Assembly (NCBI GenBank): GCA_002269645.1
Contig: NIVC01000322.1
Location: forward strand, 62,001 to 126,000
Length of the DNA: 64,000 nt
Direction of reading: 5' to 3'
Source of the DNA: Macrostomum lignano
Lineage: Eukaryota
Shown: in pieces, positions 1 to 13,230 of the stretch
Layout: every line of letters starts with the position of its first letter
Position numbering within the stretch: position 1 is the stretch's first letter
Program-made: the position numbers and the translations under genes
The notes under the pieces: generated by a model
What the model was told of the DNA's origin: nothing
The model's input: the letters and a program-made list of their open reading frames with translations, nothing else
The model's database searches: none

Positions 1-2577
1 AGAGAGTCGCAGCAGCCCCTCTAACCCGTCGGCAATCCGATCCGAATCTGTTTGTCTCCATGGCAACGTTGGAACCGGATCGACTTCACCAGCTGGCCCA
101 CTGCCTGAGAATTGCCGGCCACCCCCTGATGGCGGAGCTGCTGCTGCAGACAGGTTATTGCGGACACTTCAATCTGCTTTTGGTCCCTGTGCCTGCGCAT
201 GCAGTGCTTGGGCACGGGAGCTTTTATCAAGAACTTGAGCAGCTTTTGTTCTATATAGAAAAATAGTGTTTGCTCAGTGTCAGGGACTTCCCCCACGAGA
301 CACCTGGACTGGAGCGGAGGTTAAAGCCCTTTGAAGCCTTCGTCTCTTGTCTTGTGAATTTCTGGTCTTGTGAATTTCTGGTCTTGTGAATCTCTGGTCT
401 TGTGAATCTCTGTTCAACTGTGAATTTCTGTTCAATTGTGAATTTCTGGTCTTGTAAATCTCGGTTCTTATGAATTTCTGATCATGTGAATCTTCGTTTA
501 TGTGAATCACTGTTCTTGTGAATCTCTGTTCTTGAGGAAATTTGGTCTTGTGAAAGATGGCTCTAGAACTCTCCATTCCCCTATTATGCCACTGAGGTAT
601 AGATTTGATCTCCAGTCCGGATGGCTAATCCAGCGGTCCATGAAAGCAGCAGCAATAGTAGTGAAGAAACGCGGAAGCAGAGCAGAAGAGAAGTTCTCAT
701 ATTTCTTTCTCTCCTCTCCTTTTTGTGTTTTTCTTTCTCAACCAGGAATTACTTTTAAAGAAGCCTTTAACGGCGCCACCCCCTGGGCACCCGCAGTGAC
801 GTCCTGGGACTCCAAGGACCCCGGCGCAGCCGAGCACACGAACTCGCTGCTGTTCGGTACATCCAACCGCCTGCCTCAGTCTGTCGCCGATAGTCTCGTC
901 GACTCGCCCGAAGCTCAGTCGGATCTCGCCGAGTTCCTGTCCGAGAGGCGGCTGCTGACCTGGTGCCGGGAGATCCTGTTTGACCCAGCTGGTGCTGACG
1001 TCATGAGCCTGCGGCGTCAGCACGCTGAGGAGTCCTGGCGAGCTGCTAGAGATGTGCGAGAGAAGACCGCTGCTATGGCTGAGCTGCAAGCTGAGGTGAG
1101 TTCGATTCACATGTACAGTCACTGATCACTGCTGCTGCATGTACAGTCACTGATCATTGATCACTGCTGCTGCATGTACAGTCACTGATCATAGATCACT
1201 GCTGCTGCATGTACAGTCACTGATCACTGATCACTGCTGCATGTACAGTCACTGATCACTGATCACTGCTGCATGTACAGTCACTGATCACTGCTGCTGC
1301 ATGTACAGTCACTGATCACTGCTGCATGTACAGTCACTGATCACTGCTGCATGTACAGTCACTGATCACTGCTGCTGCATGTACAGTCACTGATCACTGC
1401 TGCTGCATGTACAGTCACTGATCACTGCTGCTGCATGTACAGTCACTGATCACCGCTGCTGCATGTACAGTCACTGATCACTGCTGCATGTACAGTCACT
1501 GATCACTGCTGCATGTACAGTCACTGCTCTCAGAGACACCAAACTACACCCAACTCTGAACTGATGCAGCTAACCCAGGCTCAAGCTGCCGTTACCGAGC
1601 GAGACCAGACCATCGCCCAGCTGGAGTCGCGCCTCTCAACACTGGCCGCAGCGGCAGGAGCCGCGGATGATGTCAGCGAGCTCCGCAGTCAGCTAGAAGT
1701 GTCGCGGCGTCACCAGGCAGCCAGCGAGAGCCAGGCCCAGCGAGCGACGGCCCGTCTGGAAGCCTACAGCGCCGCCTTTGATTTCGTGCTAGCGGAATCT
1801 CGACAGTTCGAAGCCGAAGCCGCCGACCAGGTGCCGTCGATTTCAACCGATGGCGAAGCTACAGAAGGCGGCTTCGTTGAGAACCTTCGTCAGGAGCTGG
1901 ACGACAGTCATCGATTAGCGTCGTTTCAATCGGAGTTCGCTGGACGATTCCTGGCGACCTGTCGCGCTCTGCTTGAGGAGCGGCGCCAGGTGGTGCAGCT
2001 GGCAGAGAGGTTGGCGAGTTCCACAGATGGTGGCAGCGGCGACTTCGACCCGCAGCAGCCTCTGGCTGAGGAGCTGTCCCGGCTTGTGGCAGGTCAAGCC
2101 GAGGAGAACGCCATGCTGACCGCTCGGCACCGCCTCCTACTGAAGGTGCTCGAGGGTGGCAGCGTTCAGCCGACGACGTCAGATTCCAACGACGAGCTGG
2201 TGGCAGCTGTTGAGTCACTTCGGCGTCAGCTGGCCGAACGCGACCGTCGGATCGCCAGCCTGACGACAAGACCTGCCGAATCGCCAGCCGCTGCCCTGTC
2301 GCCGCCTCCGCAGCCGCCGCAACGCTCGGCGGCCGTCACCCGGGCCTGGGACGAAGTCGCTTCACCACCGGACTCTGGTTCGACATCCGAGATGAAGCGC
2401 TACTCAGTGCTGCCGGAAATCCAGTCGGCTTCCAGCAGCAACAGTCGGGGCCGGTCTGGCCAGACTCCCAGCGTCATCCCGCACAGCCACCGGAAAGCCA
2501 CCAAGCGGGAGGGCAATGTCAAGAAGCGGGAGCCGCCGGGCAAGCCGATGCCAGCCAATGTCGTGTCGCTCAGCTGA
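1..2577 (+). CDS. 3' part of a spliced coiled-coil protein of unknown function; exons <1..153, 746..1095, 1534..2577
   Basis: Donor GT at 154 (phase 1) matches acceptor CCAG|GA at 746. Donor GAG|GTGAGT at 1096 (phase 0) matches CTCTCAG|AGA at 1534. Frames join without stops to TGA at 2575-2577. Heptad-like Q/E/L/R-rich segments; AATAAA at 2782. No family recognised. Confidence 0.75.
343..556. repeat. 16-bp tandem repeat (TGTGAATTTCTGGTCT) in intron 1 of the coiled-coil gene
   Basis: TCTGGTCT recurs at 361 and 377; the array degenerates towards 556. Confidence 0.85.
1108..1527. repeat. 25-35-bp minisatellite (core CATGTACAGTCACTGATCACTGCTGCTG) filling intron 2
   Basis: About 15 copies; the last unit runs straight into the acceptor at 1533. 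Confidence 0.95.
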
Positions 2578-3499
2578 TGGCTGACTGTGCTGAGAAGGGC
2601 GGGTGGCTTCCATGGACAGCTTCCATGGACATGGGCCCCACAAGGCCCAGCGAGTGTACATGCTGGTATGCGCTCAGGGGTCAGAGGAATGCGCAGAATC
2701 GCCGTCAAAGCTCATTTTGGATCCAAAGTTTATTTTATTATAGTGGCTTATTTATTTATTTATTTATTTATTATTTTCATTAATAAATCGGGGTGTCCCT
2801 CTTGGTATAACGTGCACACAATTTGCTAATGAGCTGTATTTTAAAACTCTTTAATTCGTTTAAACTTGGTTAAATTTTCAATAGCACTGAAAGTTTGAAG
2901 AAAGCTGATTTTAAATATTTATATCTTGATATTTTAAAACTTCATTTTAACAAAAAATATACGATAGGTCAGATAATGTCTCTATAAATTAACCGTTGAA
3001 TTAACAGACTGTTTATTTAATAATAATTTTTTCAAGAGCGCAAAACTGCTCTGATTGTTTAATAACGGTTTGTCTTTGAATTTCGTATACTTGACACGAA
3101 AAAAAACAGTAAAACAAATATCGCTCCAGTAATTGTTTGAAAATTACCAAGTGAAAACAGTTTTTTTGATAAACAGCAGTTAAAAATTTTAACAAAAAAC
3201 TTCCTGTTTATGATAGCTTGTTTTAAACAATTTTATGCTACATTTATTTAAATATGGTTTGATTTTTTAATGCTTTACATTACACTCAAATTATTAGCTA
3301 AGTTATATTCAGTAGTACTGTATTACTCGTATTCGAAGCGTTGAACAATAAAAATCAATTTTTTATGTTCATTTGACCTTCACAGCATAAACTTTACAAA
3401 TGGCCGTCGAAAATGACCCCTGATAGTCAACTGCGATTCAACAGAATGACCGTCCCTACTTATGAAACCAAATGACCCACTGAACACCTCACTTGCCGC

Positions 3500-5150
3500 C
3501 CAGTGACCCAGTATGACCCAATCTGACCCAATCTGACCCAATCTGACTCAATCTGACTCAGTCTGACCTAATCTGACCCAGTATGACCCAATCTGACCCA
3601 ATCTGACCTAATCTGACCCAATATGACCCAATCTGACCTCATCTGACCCAATCTGACCCAATCTGACCCAATCTGACCCAATCTGACCCAATCTGACCCA
3701 ATCTGACCCAATCTAAACCAATCTGACCCAATCTGACCCAATCTGAGCCAATCTGACCCAATCTGACCCAATCTGAGCCAAGGTGACCCCATCTGACCCA
3801 ATCTGACCCAATCTGACCCAATCTGACCCAATCTAAACCAATCTGACCCAATCTGACCCAATCTGACCTAATCTGACCCAATCTGACCCAATCTGACCCC
3901 AATCTGACCCAATCTTACCCAATCTAAACCAATCTGACCCAATCTGACTCATTATGACCCAATCTGACTCATTATGACCCAATCTGACCCAATCTAAACC
4001 AATCTGACCCAATCTGACTCAGTATGACCCAATCTGACCCAATCTAAACCAATCTGACCCAATCTGACTCAGTATGACCCAATCTGACCCAATCTGACTT
4101 AGTATGACCCAATCTGACCCAATCTAAACCAATCTGACCCAGTCTGACCCAATCTGACCTAATCTGACCCAATCTGACCCAATCTGACCCAATCTGACCC
4201 AATCTGACCCAATCTAAACCAATCTGACCCAATCTGACCTAATCTGACCCAATCTGACCCAATCTGACCTAATCAGGCCCAATCTGACCTAATCTGACCC
4301 AATCTGACCCAATCTGACCCAATCTGACCCAATCTAAACCAATCTGACCCAATCTGACCTAATCTGACCCAATCTGACCCAATCTGACCCAATCTGATTC
4401 AGTATGACTTAATCTGACCCAATCTGACCCAATCTGACCCAATCTGACCCAATCTGACCCAATCTGAGCCAAGGTGACCCCATCTGACCCAATCTGACCC
4501 AATCTGAGCCAAGGTGACCCAATCTGACCCAATCTGAGCCAAGGTGACCCAATCTGACCCAATCTGAGCCAAGGTGACCCAATCTGACCCAATCTGACCC
4601 AATCTGACCCAATCTGACCCAATCTGACTCAGTATGACCCAATCTGACCCAATCCGACCCAATCAGACCCAACTTTACCCAATCTGACCCAATCTGACCC
4701 ATAATGACACAATATAACCCATAATGACACAATATAACCCATAATGACACAATATAACCCATAATGACACAATATAACCCATAATGACACAATATAACCC
4801 ATAATGACACAATATAACCCATAATGACACAATATAACCCATAATGACACAATATAACCCATAATGACACAATATAACCCATAATGACACAATATAACCC
4901 ATAATGACACAATATGACCCATAATGACACAATATAACCCATAATGACCCAATATGACCCAATATGACCCAATTTGACCCAATCTGACCCAGTTTTAACC
5001 AATCTGACCCAATCTGACTAAGTATGACCCAATCTGACTCAATATGACCCAATATGATCCAATATGACTAAATATGACCCTATATGACTCAATATGACCC
5101 AATATGATCCAATATGACTAAATATGACCCAATCTGACCTAATCTGACCC
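3500..5150. repeat. 10-bp minisatellite (AATCTGACCC) with a 20-bp variant block (ATAATGACACAATATAACCC, about 4700-4940)
   Basis: Read directly; lies just 3' of the innexin stop codon. Confidence 0.97.
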
Positions 5151-5209
5151 AGCCACCTCCCCAAAGCTCCACCCAAGTCAGCAGCCACCTCAGTCCATCA
5201 TCAGATATG

Positions 5210-7660
5210 CTAAGCATACTCAGCCGCAGTCTTCAGCTGACTCGGCTCAGCCTCTCGCGAAGGCAGCTGAAGTGTTTCACTGCCAGCAGTCGGCATCAGC
5301 GGGATGTCACCGGCATCGTTGTCAACCGAATCGTCCGGAGTTCTGCGCAGTCCGAATTCCCGCCAGACGCAGCCGAGCAGGTGACTGGCAGTTCGCTCGT
5401 CCGCATTCGCAGCGATGAGCTGGAACACCAGAAGGCCATCAGAGCCCAGGCAGTTGTCGGTGAAGTCTTCCAGCTCGAACCTGTCCACGTCTGGATCGCT
5501 GTTCAACTGTGCAACGAACCCCCGGCGTCTCCATGGCAACAGGAGTGCGGTCAACCAACCGAACGAATGTAGCACGGTTACTATGGCAACTAAGAGCATC
5601 CAGAAGCCGGCGAATACGAAAATTTTCTCCGTGAATATGTTGATAGCGAGGACGCACTGGATTGAGTAGCTTTTGGGAGTTGGGGGCGGTTTTGTAATGC
5701 AGTCCATCTAGTAGGTGTCTGGTGTGGAAAACTTCTTTATGGCAACTACATATATAATCTCTATATTAGTAATAGAGTTCGATAATCAAGTATCTGGAGT
5801 AGAACCGGATTTTTTATACACAGGTCCATGGAGATCTAAACCCAATATCTGAAATAGAAACCTGATTTGTAATGCAAAGGTCCGTGGAAGTTTAAACCTT
5901 ATATCTGGAATAGAAATCTGATTTGTTATGCAATCGTTCATGGAGACTTAAACTCAATATCTGGAATAGAAACCTGATTTGTAATGCAAATGTCCATAGA
6001 GATCTTTACCTAACATCTGGAATAGAAAATTGATTTCTAATTCAAAGGTCTATGGAGATCTAAACCCAATTTCTGGAATAGAAACCTGATTTTAAATGCA
6101 AATGTCCATGGAGATTTAAATCCGATATCTGGAATAGAAACCTGATTTCTAATGCAAAGGTCCATGGAGATTTAAACCCAATATCTGGAATAAAAGCCTG
6201 ATTTCTAATGCAAAGGTCCATGGAGATTTAAATCCAATATCTGGAATAGAAACCTGATTTGCATTCGATGGCTCACGGAGATCTAAATAAAATATCTGGA
6301 ATGTTAACCTAAAAACATAACCAAAATCAGAATTGATAAAGAATCTCACTTATTAATATTCCCCAGCCGTCTAATTGAGAAGTCGCAGAATGTAATCCTG
6401 GGAAAATGTCCGGACTCATGCCACTCCACTCCTAGCGCCAGGTCCCGGGTCACGGAGAACAGCGAGTCAGTTGCTCGACCGAAAAAGGACGACAGAATGA
6501 AGAACTGAGCCAGGGAGTTCACCGAGTACAGCAGCTTGGTGATGAGGTACAAGCAGGTGAGGAAGCTGCGCTGAAAGAAGAAGCTGTTTCGCTCTGAATC
6601 CATTCGGGTGAGCAGGTTGGAGCTCAGCTGGAAGCCAACACCGTCCAGGTTGTCTCGATTGACGGCTCGAGACACGATTGTTGGCAGGTCCAGGCCTGAG
6701 GGCGCAGTGGGACCGGGCAGGACTGACGCATCGCTTCGATTTGGGAGAGATCCTCATGTTCTCTTCCCCCACTGTTCTCCTCCCAGTGACTTCCCCCACT
6801 GTTCTCCTCCCAGTGACTTCCCCCACTGTTCTCCTCCCAGTGACTTCCCCCACTGTTCTCCTCCCAGTGACTTCCCCCACTGTTCTCCTCCCAGTGACTT
6901 CCCCCACTGTTCTCCTCCCAGTGACTTCCCCCACTTTTCTCCTCCCAGTGACTCCCCCACTGTTCTCCTCCTAGTGACTTCCCCCACTGTTCTCCTCCCA
7001 ATGACTTCCCCAACTGTTCTCCTCCCAGTGACTTCCCCCACTGTTCTCCTCTCAGTGACTTCCCCCACTGTTCTCCTCCCAGTGACTTCCCCCACTGTTC
7101 TCCTCTCAGTGACTTCCGTCAGTCAGTCAGTCAGTCAGTCAGTCAGTCAGTCAGTCAGTCAGTCAGTCAGTCAGTCAGTCAGTCAGTCAGTCAGTCAGTC
7201 AGTCAGTCAGTCAGTCAGTCAGTCAGTCAGTCAGTCAGTCAGTCAGTCAGTCAGTCAGTCAGTCAGTCAGTCAGTCAGTCAGTCAGTCAGTCAGTCAGTC
7301 AGTCAGTCAGTCAGTCAGTCAGTCAGTCAGTCAGTCAGTCAGTCAGTCAGTCAGTCAGTCAGTCAGTCAGTCAGTCAGTCAGTCAGTCAGTCAGTCAGTC
7401 AGTCAGTCAGTCAGTCAGTCAGTCAGTCAGTCAGTCAGTCAGTCAGTCAGTCAGTCAGTCAGTCAGTCAGTCAGTCAGTCAGTCAGTCAGTCAGTCAGTC
7501 AGTCAGTCAGTCAGTCAGTCAGTCAGTCAGTCAGTCAGTCAGTCAGTCAGTCAGTCAGTCAGTCAGTCAGTCAGTCAGTCAGTCAGTCAGTCAGTCAGTC
7601 AGTCAGTCAGTCAGTCAGTCAGTCAGTCAGTCAGTCAGTCAGTCAGTCAGTCAGTCAGTC

Positions 7661-7692
<32 letters not shown>

Positions 7693-8107
7693 AGTCAGTC
7701 AGCCGCTCACCGCATTTCCAGTTGAACATCCGCCAGACCATGGCAGGGAAATAATAGCAAAAGGCTTGCAAAGTCATCACGTAGGGAATCCACTGGTAGT
7801 AGCCGATCTCCTGAGTCTTGCGCACCTCAGCGTGAGGCGACAGCTCCTCGCTTTTCGGCACAAAGTAGGTGTTCTTGACCCAGCAGTAGTCCTCGGCGTA
7901 CTGAATCCAGGGGTCCTTGAACTCCTGCGGCGTCCAGCATTTCAGAGGCTCGCCAACGATCTGCTTGGCGCTGAGAATGATGGCGAACATCACCATGATC
8001 AGCGAGGTCCAGTACCGGTTCAGCCGGTCCACGAAGTCATCATCCAGCTTGGAGTCCCCAGCCAGGGAGTTGAAGCCGCGAAACGTTTCGAACAGGGCGA
8101 AATCCAT
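5210..8107 (-). CDS. inx: Innexin (gap-junction/hemichannel protein), 400 aa; exons 8107..7711, 6695..6350, 5669..5210
   Basis: Motifs DDDFVDRLN, CWTP, YAEDYCW, GYYQWIP, FPRITFCDF and YSIQCVLAINIFTEKIF; four extracellular-loop cysteines. Intron phases 1 and 2 match; total 1203 nt. Confidence 0.95.
5790..6300. repeat. 56-bp tandem repeat in innexin intron 2 (about 9 copies)
   Basis: CTGGAATA core at 5961, 6017, 6073, 6129, 6185 and 6241. Confidence 0.9.
6760..7116. repeat. 27-bp minisatellite (CCCAGTGACTTCCCCCACTGTTCTCCT) in innexin intron 1
   Basis: About 13 copies; source of the GEVTGRRTV pseudo-ORFs. Confidence 0.95.
7118..7702. repeat. (GTCA)n microsatellite, about 146 copies, innexin intron 1
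   Basis: Nearly pure tetranucleotide tract beginning about 8 nt from the donor site. Confidence 0.98.
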
Positions 8108-8425
8108 GACTGAATTCTGGCGCAGACAGTAACTGCTGTGCGCTCCTTTCTGCTTCTTCTGAAGAATGAAAAATTTAATTCTCTGCTTTCCTGACTAAAA
8201 TGGGCATTTCTTATCACTGTTTAAACCTGATAATGTTTGTGGCTCCGTTCACTGTTGACTGCAAGCAAAGCATGCAGAACTGGTGGCTAATCTTATCTTT
8301 GCGAATGCTGAGTTACCGTCTGAGTGAGCAGCTTTCTCAGTTCTGAGAATTGGGAGCGTCTCTTCTTCTAATTTCTGAAGCAGAAACGAATTTGAATAAT
8401 TAGATCGACAAATAGATCTACCTAC

Positions 8426-9018
<593 letters not shown>

Positions 9019-9329
9019 CACTGTTATGTATTTTGCGTGGGTGTTGCATGAGCATATTTTCTAATTGAATCCTTCTGCAAAGTCCGCACCCAACCCTCTA
9101 TCCTTTTTGAGCTGCTTTGACCAACCATTTGAAGACCCACCCCAGCCCGGACGAAACTAACCCAGAGTGCTCAACAGGTCGCGCAGCCAAAGGCGAAATT
9201 CTATTTTTAACTGCACATCTACAAGGTACTGACTCAGAAGGCAGTGCATATTTTAGCTTGCCAGTCTGTCAGTGGCTTAACAAAAACAAGTTAGAAAAAA
9301 CCGCAGATACACAAGCGAATGAGTCCGGC

Positions 9330-11199
9330 ATGTCAGCTGATGAAATCCTTGAGTTCGCCGCAGATCTGGGCCTGCCAATCAGGACAAAGGCGCTGCAAGG
9401 TATTTAACTTATTGACTCTGCACTGATTGACCGTTAGTGCTGGTCTGGTGGCCAATTTAAAAAATGACCAATTGATAGTTTCAAGAGTGACCAATTGATA
9501 GTTTCAAGAGTGACCAATTGATAATTTCAAGAGTGACCAATTGATGGTTTCAAGAGTGACCAATTGATAGTTTCAAGAGTGACCAATTGATAATTTCAAG
9601 AGTGACCAATTGATGGTTTCAAGAGTGACCAATTGATAGTTTCAAGAGTGACCAATTCATAGTTTCAAGAGTGACCAATTGATAATTTCAAGAGTGACCA
9701 ATCGATAATTTCAAGAGTGACCAATTGATAATTTCATGAGTGACCAATTGATAATTTCAAGAGTGACCAATCGATAATTTCAAGAGTGACCAATCGATAA
9801 TTTCAAGAGTGACTAATTGATAATTTCAAGAGTGACCAATTGATAATTTCAAGAGTGACCAATTGATAATTTCAAGAGTGACCAATCGATAATTTCAAGA
9901 GTGACCAATTGATAATTTCAAGAGTGACCAATCGATAATTTCAAGAGTGACCAATCGATAATTTCAAGAGTGACCAATTGATAGTTTCAAGAGTGACCAA
10001 TTGATAATTTCAAGAGTGACCAATCGATAATTTCAAGAGTGACCAATTGATAGTTTCAAGAGTGACCAATTGATAATTTCAAGAGTGACCAATTGATAGT
10101 TTCAAGAGTGACCAATTGACAATTTCAAGAGTGACCAATTGATAATTTCAAGAGTGACCAATTGATAGTTTCAAGAGTGACCAATTGATAGTTTCAAGAG
10201 TGACCAATTGATAGTTTCAAGAGTGACCAATTGATAATTTCAAGAGTGACCAATCGATAATTTCAAGAGTGACCAATTGATAGTTTCAAGAGTCACCAAT
10301 TGATAATTTCAAGAGTGACCAATTGATAACTTCCTCCGCCCTCCGCCATCACAGACTGGAGCTTCGAGGACCAGAGAAGGCTGCTGAGCACGCTGATGTT
10401 TCGGCACTCGCCCCGGATCCAGCGGTCTTCAAGGCACTCGATGGCCGCACTGAGCCACAGTGTGAGCAGCCATCTCAGATCCCATGGCCTCAGCGGCATG
10501 GACCGCTACTTGTTTGACAATTTTGGCAGCTTCCTCAGTGACGAGTTTCTGCTCTGGAAGAAAGGTTTTGATGGCTGGGGTTCTCTGGTGGGGATTAGCG
10601 GGGATTCTCTAGTGGGATTAGCGGGGACTCTCTGGTGGGATTAGCGGTATTCTCTAGTGGGTTTAGCGGGGACTCTCTGGTGGGATTAGCGGGGATTCTC
10701 TGGTGGGATTAGCGGGGATTCTCTGGTGGGATTAGTGGGGATTCTCTGGTAGGATTAGCGGGGATTCTCTACTGGGATTAGCGGGGTTCCCTGGTGAGAT
10801 TAGACAGCAAGATCTCTAATCCCATATTCCTCATTCTGTCCCGCAGTCCTGGAGCCGACAGCTCAGTTGCCAGTCCCCAGCCGACGCAAAGTCCTGTGGA
10901 AGCACCTGCTGCACCTGCTCATCAGCAGTCACCCATCAGTGGAGTGGCTGGACGCCCCCTCAGGACTGTTCCGCTTCATCAACAGCGAGTCAGCAGCCCG
11001 CACCTGGGCCAAGGTGAAAAACCGACCATCGATGGACTTTGAGAAAATGACTCACTCAATCCGACTGTACTATCCCGGCAAGAAGAACATCATGTACAAA
11101 GGTGTCAGGGACTTGGAGTACGGCTTCAACATGGGGAGCGCTGAGGTGCGAGCTTTCATGGAGCTGAGCCAATGTGCTGAGCCTCAGGTGCGCAGATGA
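9330..11199 (+). CDS. Divergent ETS-domain transcription factor, about 210 aa; exons 9330..9399, 10355..10564, 10847..11199
   Basis: The last exon encodes LWKHLLHLL..VEW..SGLFRFINSESAARTWAKVKNRPSMDFEKMTHSIRLYY, an ETS winged helix. Two phase-1 introns join in frame (633 nt). The start codon is tentative. The N-terminal LGLP..DWS segment is weakly Pointed-like. Confidence 0.8.
9464..10330. repeat. 23-bp minisatellite (GTGACCAATTGATAATTTCAAGA) filling ETS intron 1
   Basis: About 37 copies, read directly. Confidence 0.97.
10582..10795. repeat. 23-bp minisatellite (GGGATTAGCGGGGATTCTCTGGT) in ETS intron 2
   Basis: About 9 copies; period 10591 to 10614. Confidence 0.93.
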
Positions 11200-11399
11200 T
11201 TGGACAGCAGCTGCATTGCATGAAGTCATTTTTACTGAGCTGTACAGACTCCTGACTCTTGATGAGCGCATGCGGATGTTACTGGGTGTACTTTTGATTT
11301 GCTCACTGATAAATAAATTTAAATAGCCTTTTTTATTTTCTAATTCCTCATTTGTTATTTGATTTGTCACTCTGGGCTGGGACTTGAGCACTGTGATCT

Positions 11400-13010
11400 G
11401 TTGTGTTCTCCGCTTCTTTGATGAACCGGAGTTGAAGTCGTGAGACACGAACTACTGCGAATTCGAAACTCAATATGAGCTCTTCTTCTTCTTTACCGAC
11501 TTCAACTTGTTTCCGCTCATCGCTTAGGTTGGGTGGTGGTGTTGGTGTCTCAACCTGTGTTGCCACTACAGTTGCTGTGAAACAGGGCGTGCTGTCGCCT
11601 CCGCCTTTGGTAGCTGTTGGCACTTCACTTCAGGTCTCTAAGCATCGCAAATCTCCCATCTGAAGTCGTCTTGTGCAGGTGCGAATCCGTTGAAGTGTTT
11701 TTGCCTGTAGAGCAGACGAGTGTGGCTTCCTGACTCCGCGTAGATGAGGCTCTCACTTCTTGAGAGTATAGTGGCGGTTGAATCTTCCTGCCAAACAGTA
11801 ACACTGACAGCTTGACTCATGGCCGTTGGCTCAAATTGCCTCTTCGATGGTGCGTACAAAGCGTTGTGTTCTTCCCTTCTTTGATGAACCGGAGTTGAAG
11901 TCGTGAGACACGAACTACTGCGAATTCGAAACTCAATATGAGCTCTTGGCTCTACAATGCGCTTGTATATTTTCCAGCTAGCATTGCTGGCTTCAAGCCC
12001 ATACCTGTAAAGCGCGAGTCCCCCAGCATGTCTGTGGAAAATCTCTTACAATATTATTGTAAACGTGTGCGGATGACAGTGTGCCATCTGTCAAAAAATC
12101 ACTCCCAGTACTTGACTCTCGGCTTCTTCTTCTTTACCGACTTCAACTTGTTTCCGCTCATCGCTTAGGTTGGGTGGTGGTGTTAGTGTCTCAACCTGTG
12201 TTGCCACTACAGTTGCATTTCACTTCAGGTCTCTAAGCATCGCAAATCTCCCATCTGAAGTCGTCTTGTGCAGGGCGAATCCGTTGAAGCTGATCGAAGT
12301 GGGCTTTCTTGAACTGGTTTGGACGCAACTTACAGTCGCCGTGTTTTTGCCTGTAGGGCAGAAGAGTGCGGCTTCCTGACTCCGCGTAAATGAGGCTCTC
12401 TCCTGGCGCCCAGCTGCTTCTTGAGAGTCTTCCTACCGAACAGTACCTCAGCCGGCGATGATCCAGCGCTTCCAACAGCAGATATACCGATCGATGGCAG
12501 CTTGACTCATGGCCGTTGGCTTAAATTGCCTCTTTAATCCATTGTTAATCCATTGCTTTGCGGATGGTACGCAGGAGTTGTGACCAGATTGCAGACAATC
12601 CTTTCCAGCCAGCTACGCTTCTCCTCACTGACAAAACTTGGACCGTTGTCAGACACGAGGTGATTAGGAACGCTGAGTTAGGAGAACGTTCTGCGAAGTC
12701 TGCTCGGCACTGTTGAGGACATCATGTCCTTAGTTTGGTGAACTTCGAGGCAGCCCGAGTACGCGTCGACTAATATCAGCAGGCCTAGCTCATTTCAGCA
12801 TTTGCGCACTTGCGACGCCATGATCTGTTGTGTTCTTCCCTTCTTTGATGAACCGGAGTTGAAGTCGTGAGACACAAATTACTGCGAGGTCGAAACTCAA
12901 TATGACCTCTTGACCCTCTACAATGCGCTTGTATATTTTCCAGCTAGCAAACGCTGGCTTCAAGCCCCTACCTGTAAAGCGCGAGTCCCCCAGAATGTCT
13001 ATGGGAAATC
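11400..13010 (-). mobile_element. Rearranged, degenerate Ty3/Gypsy integrase remnant with internally duplicated segments
   Basis: Minus strand 12790-12545 translates LILVDAYSGCLEV...RRTFS*LSVPNHLVSDNGPSFVSEE...TTPAYHPQSNG (rve core with a stop). An 85-bp block occurs three times (11400, about 11865, about 12827) and other blocks twice. Confidence 0.85.
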
Positions 13011-13057
13011 TCTTAAGTCACAATAATATTATGCACTATTAGTCATCAGTGACACAA

Positions 13058-13230
13058 CATGATCTGTCACTCTGGGCTGGGACCTGAGCACTGTGATCTG
13101 TCACTCTGGGCTGGGACCTGAGCACTGTGATCTGTCACTCTGGGCTGGGTCCTGAGCACTGTGATCTGTCACTTTGGGCTGGGTCCTGAGCACTGTGATC
13201 TGTCACTTTGGGCTGGGTCCTGAGCACTTG
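13058..13230. repeat. 34-bp tandem repeat (TGATCTGTCACTCTGGGCTGGGACCTGAGCACTG), 5 copies; one extra copy at about 11365-11400
   Basis: Period 13061 to 13095. Confidence 0.92.

Noticed and set aside
3568-5052. GQIGSDWVRL-type repeat-protein ORFs
   Set aside because: Translations of a 10/20-bp minisatellite, open in several frames at once
6608-8113. 501-aa plus-strand ORF
   Set aside because: Antisense to innexin exons and spanning intronic 27-bp and GTCA repeats
9464-10330. 23-bp partly palindromic (CAATTG) array as CRISPR or operator array
   Set aside because: No spacers; lies wholly inside a phase-matched ETS intron
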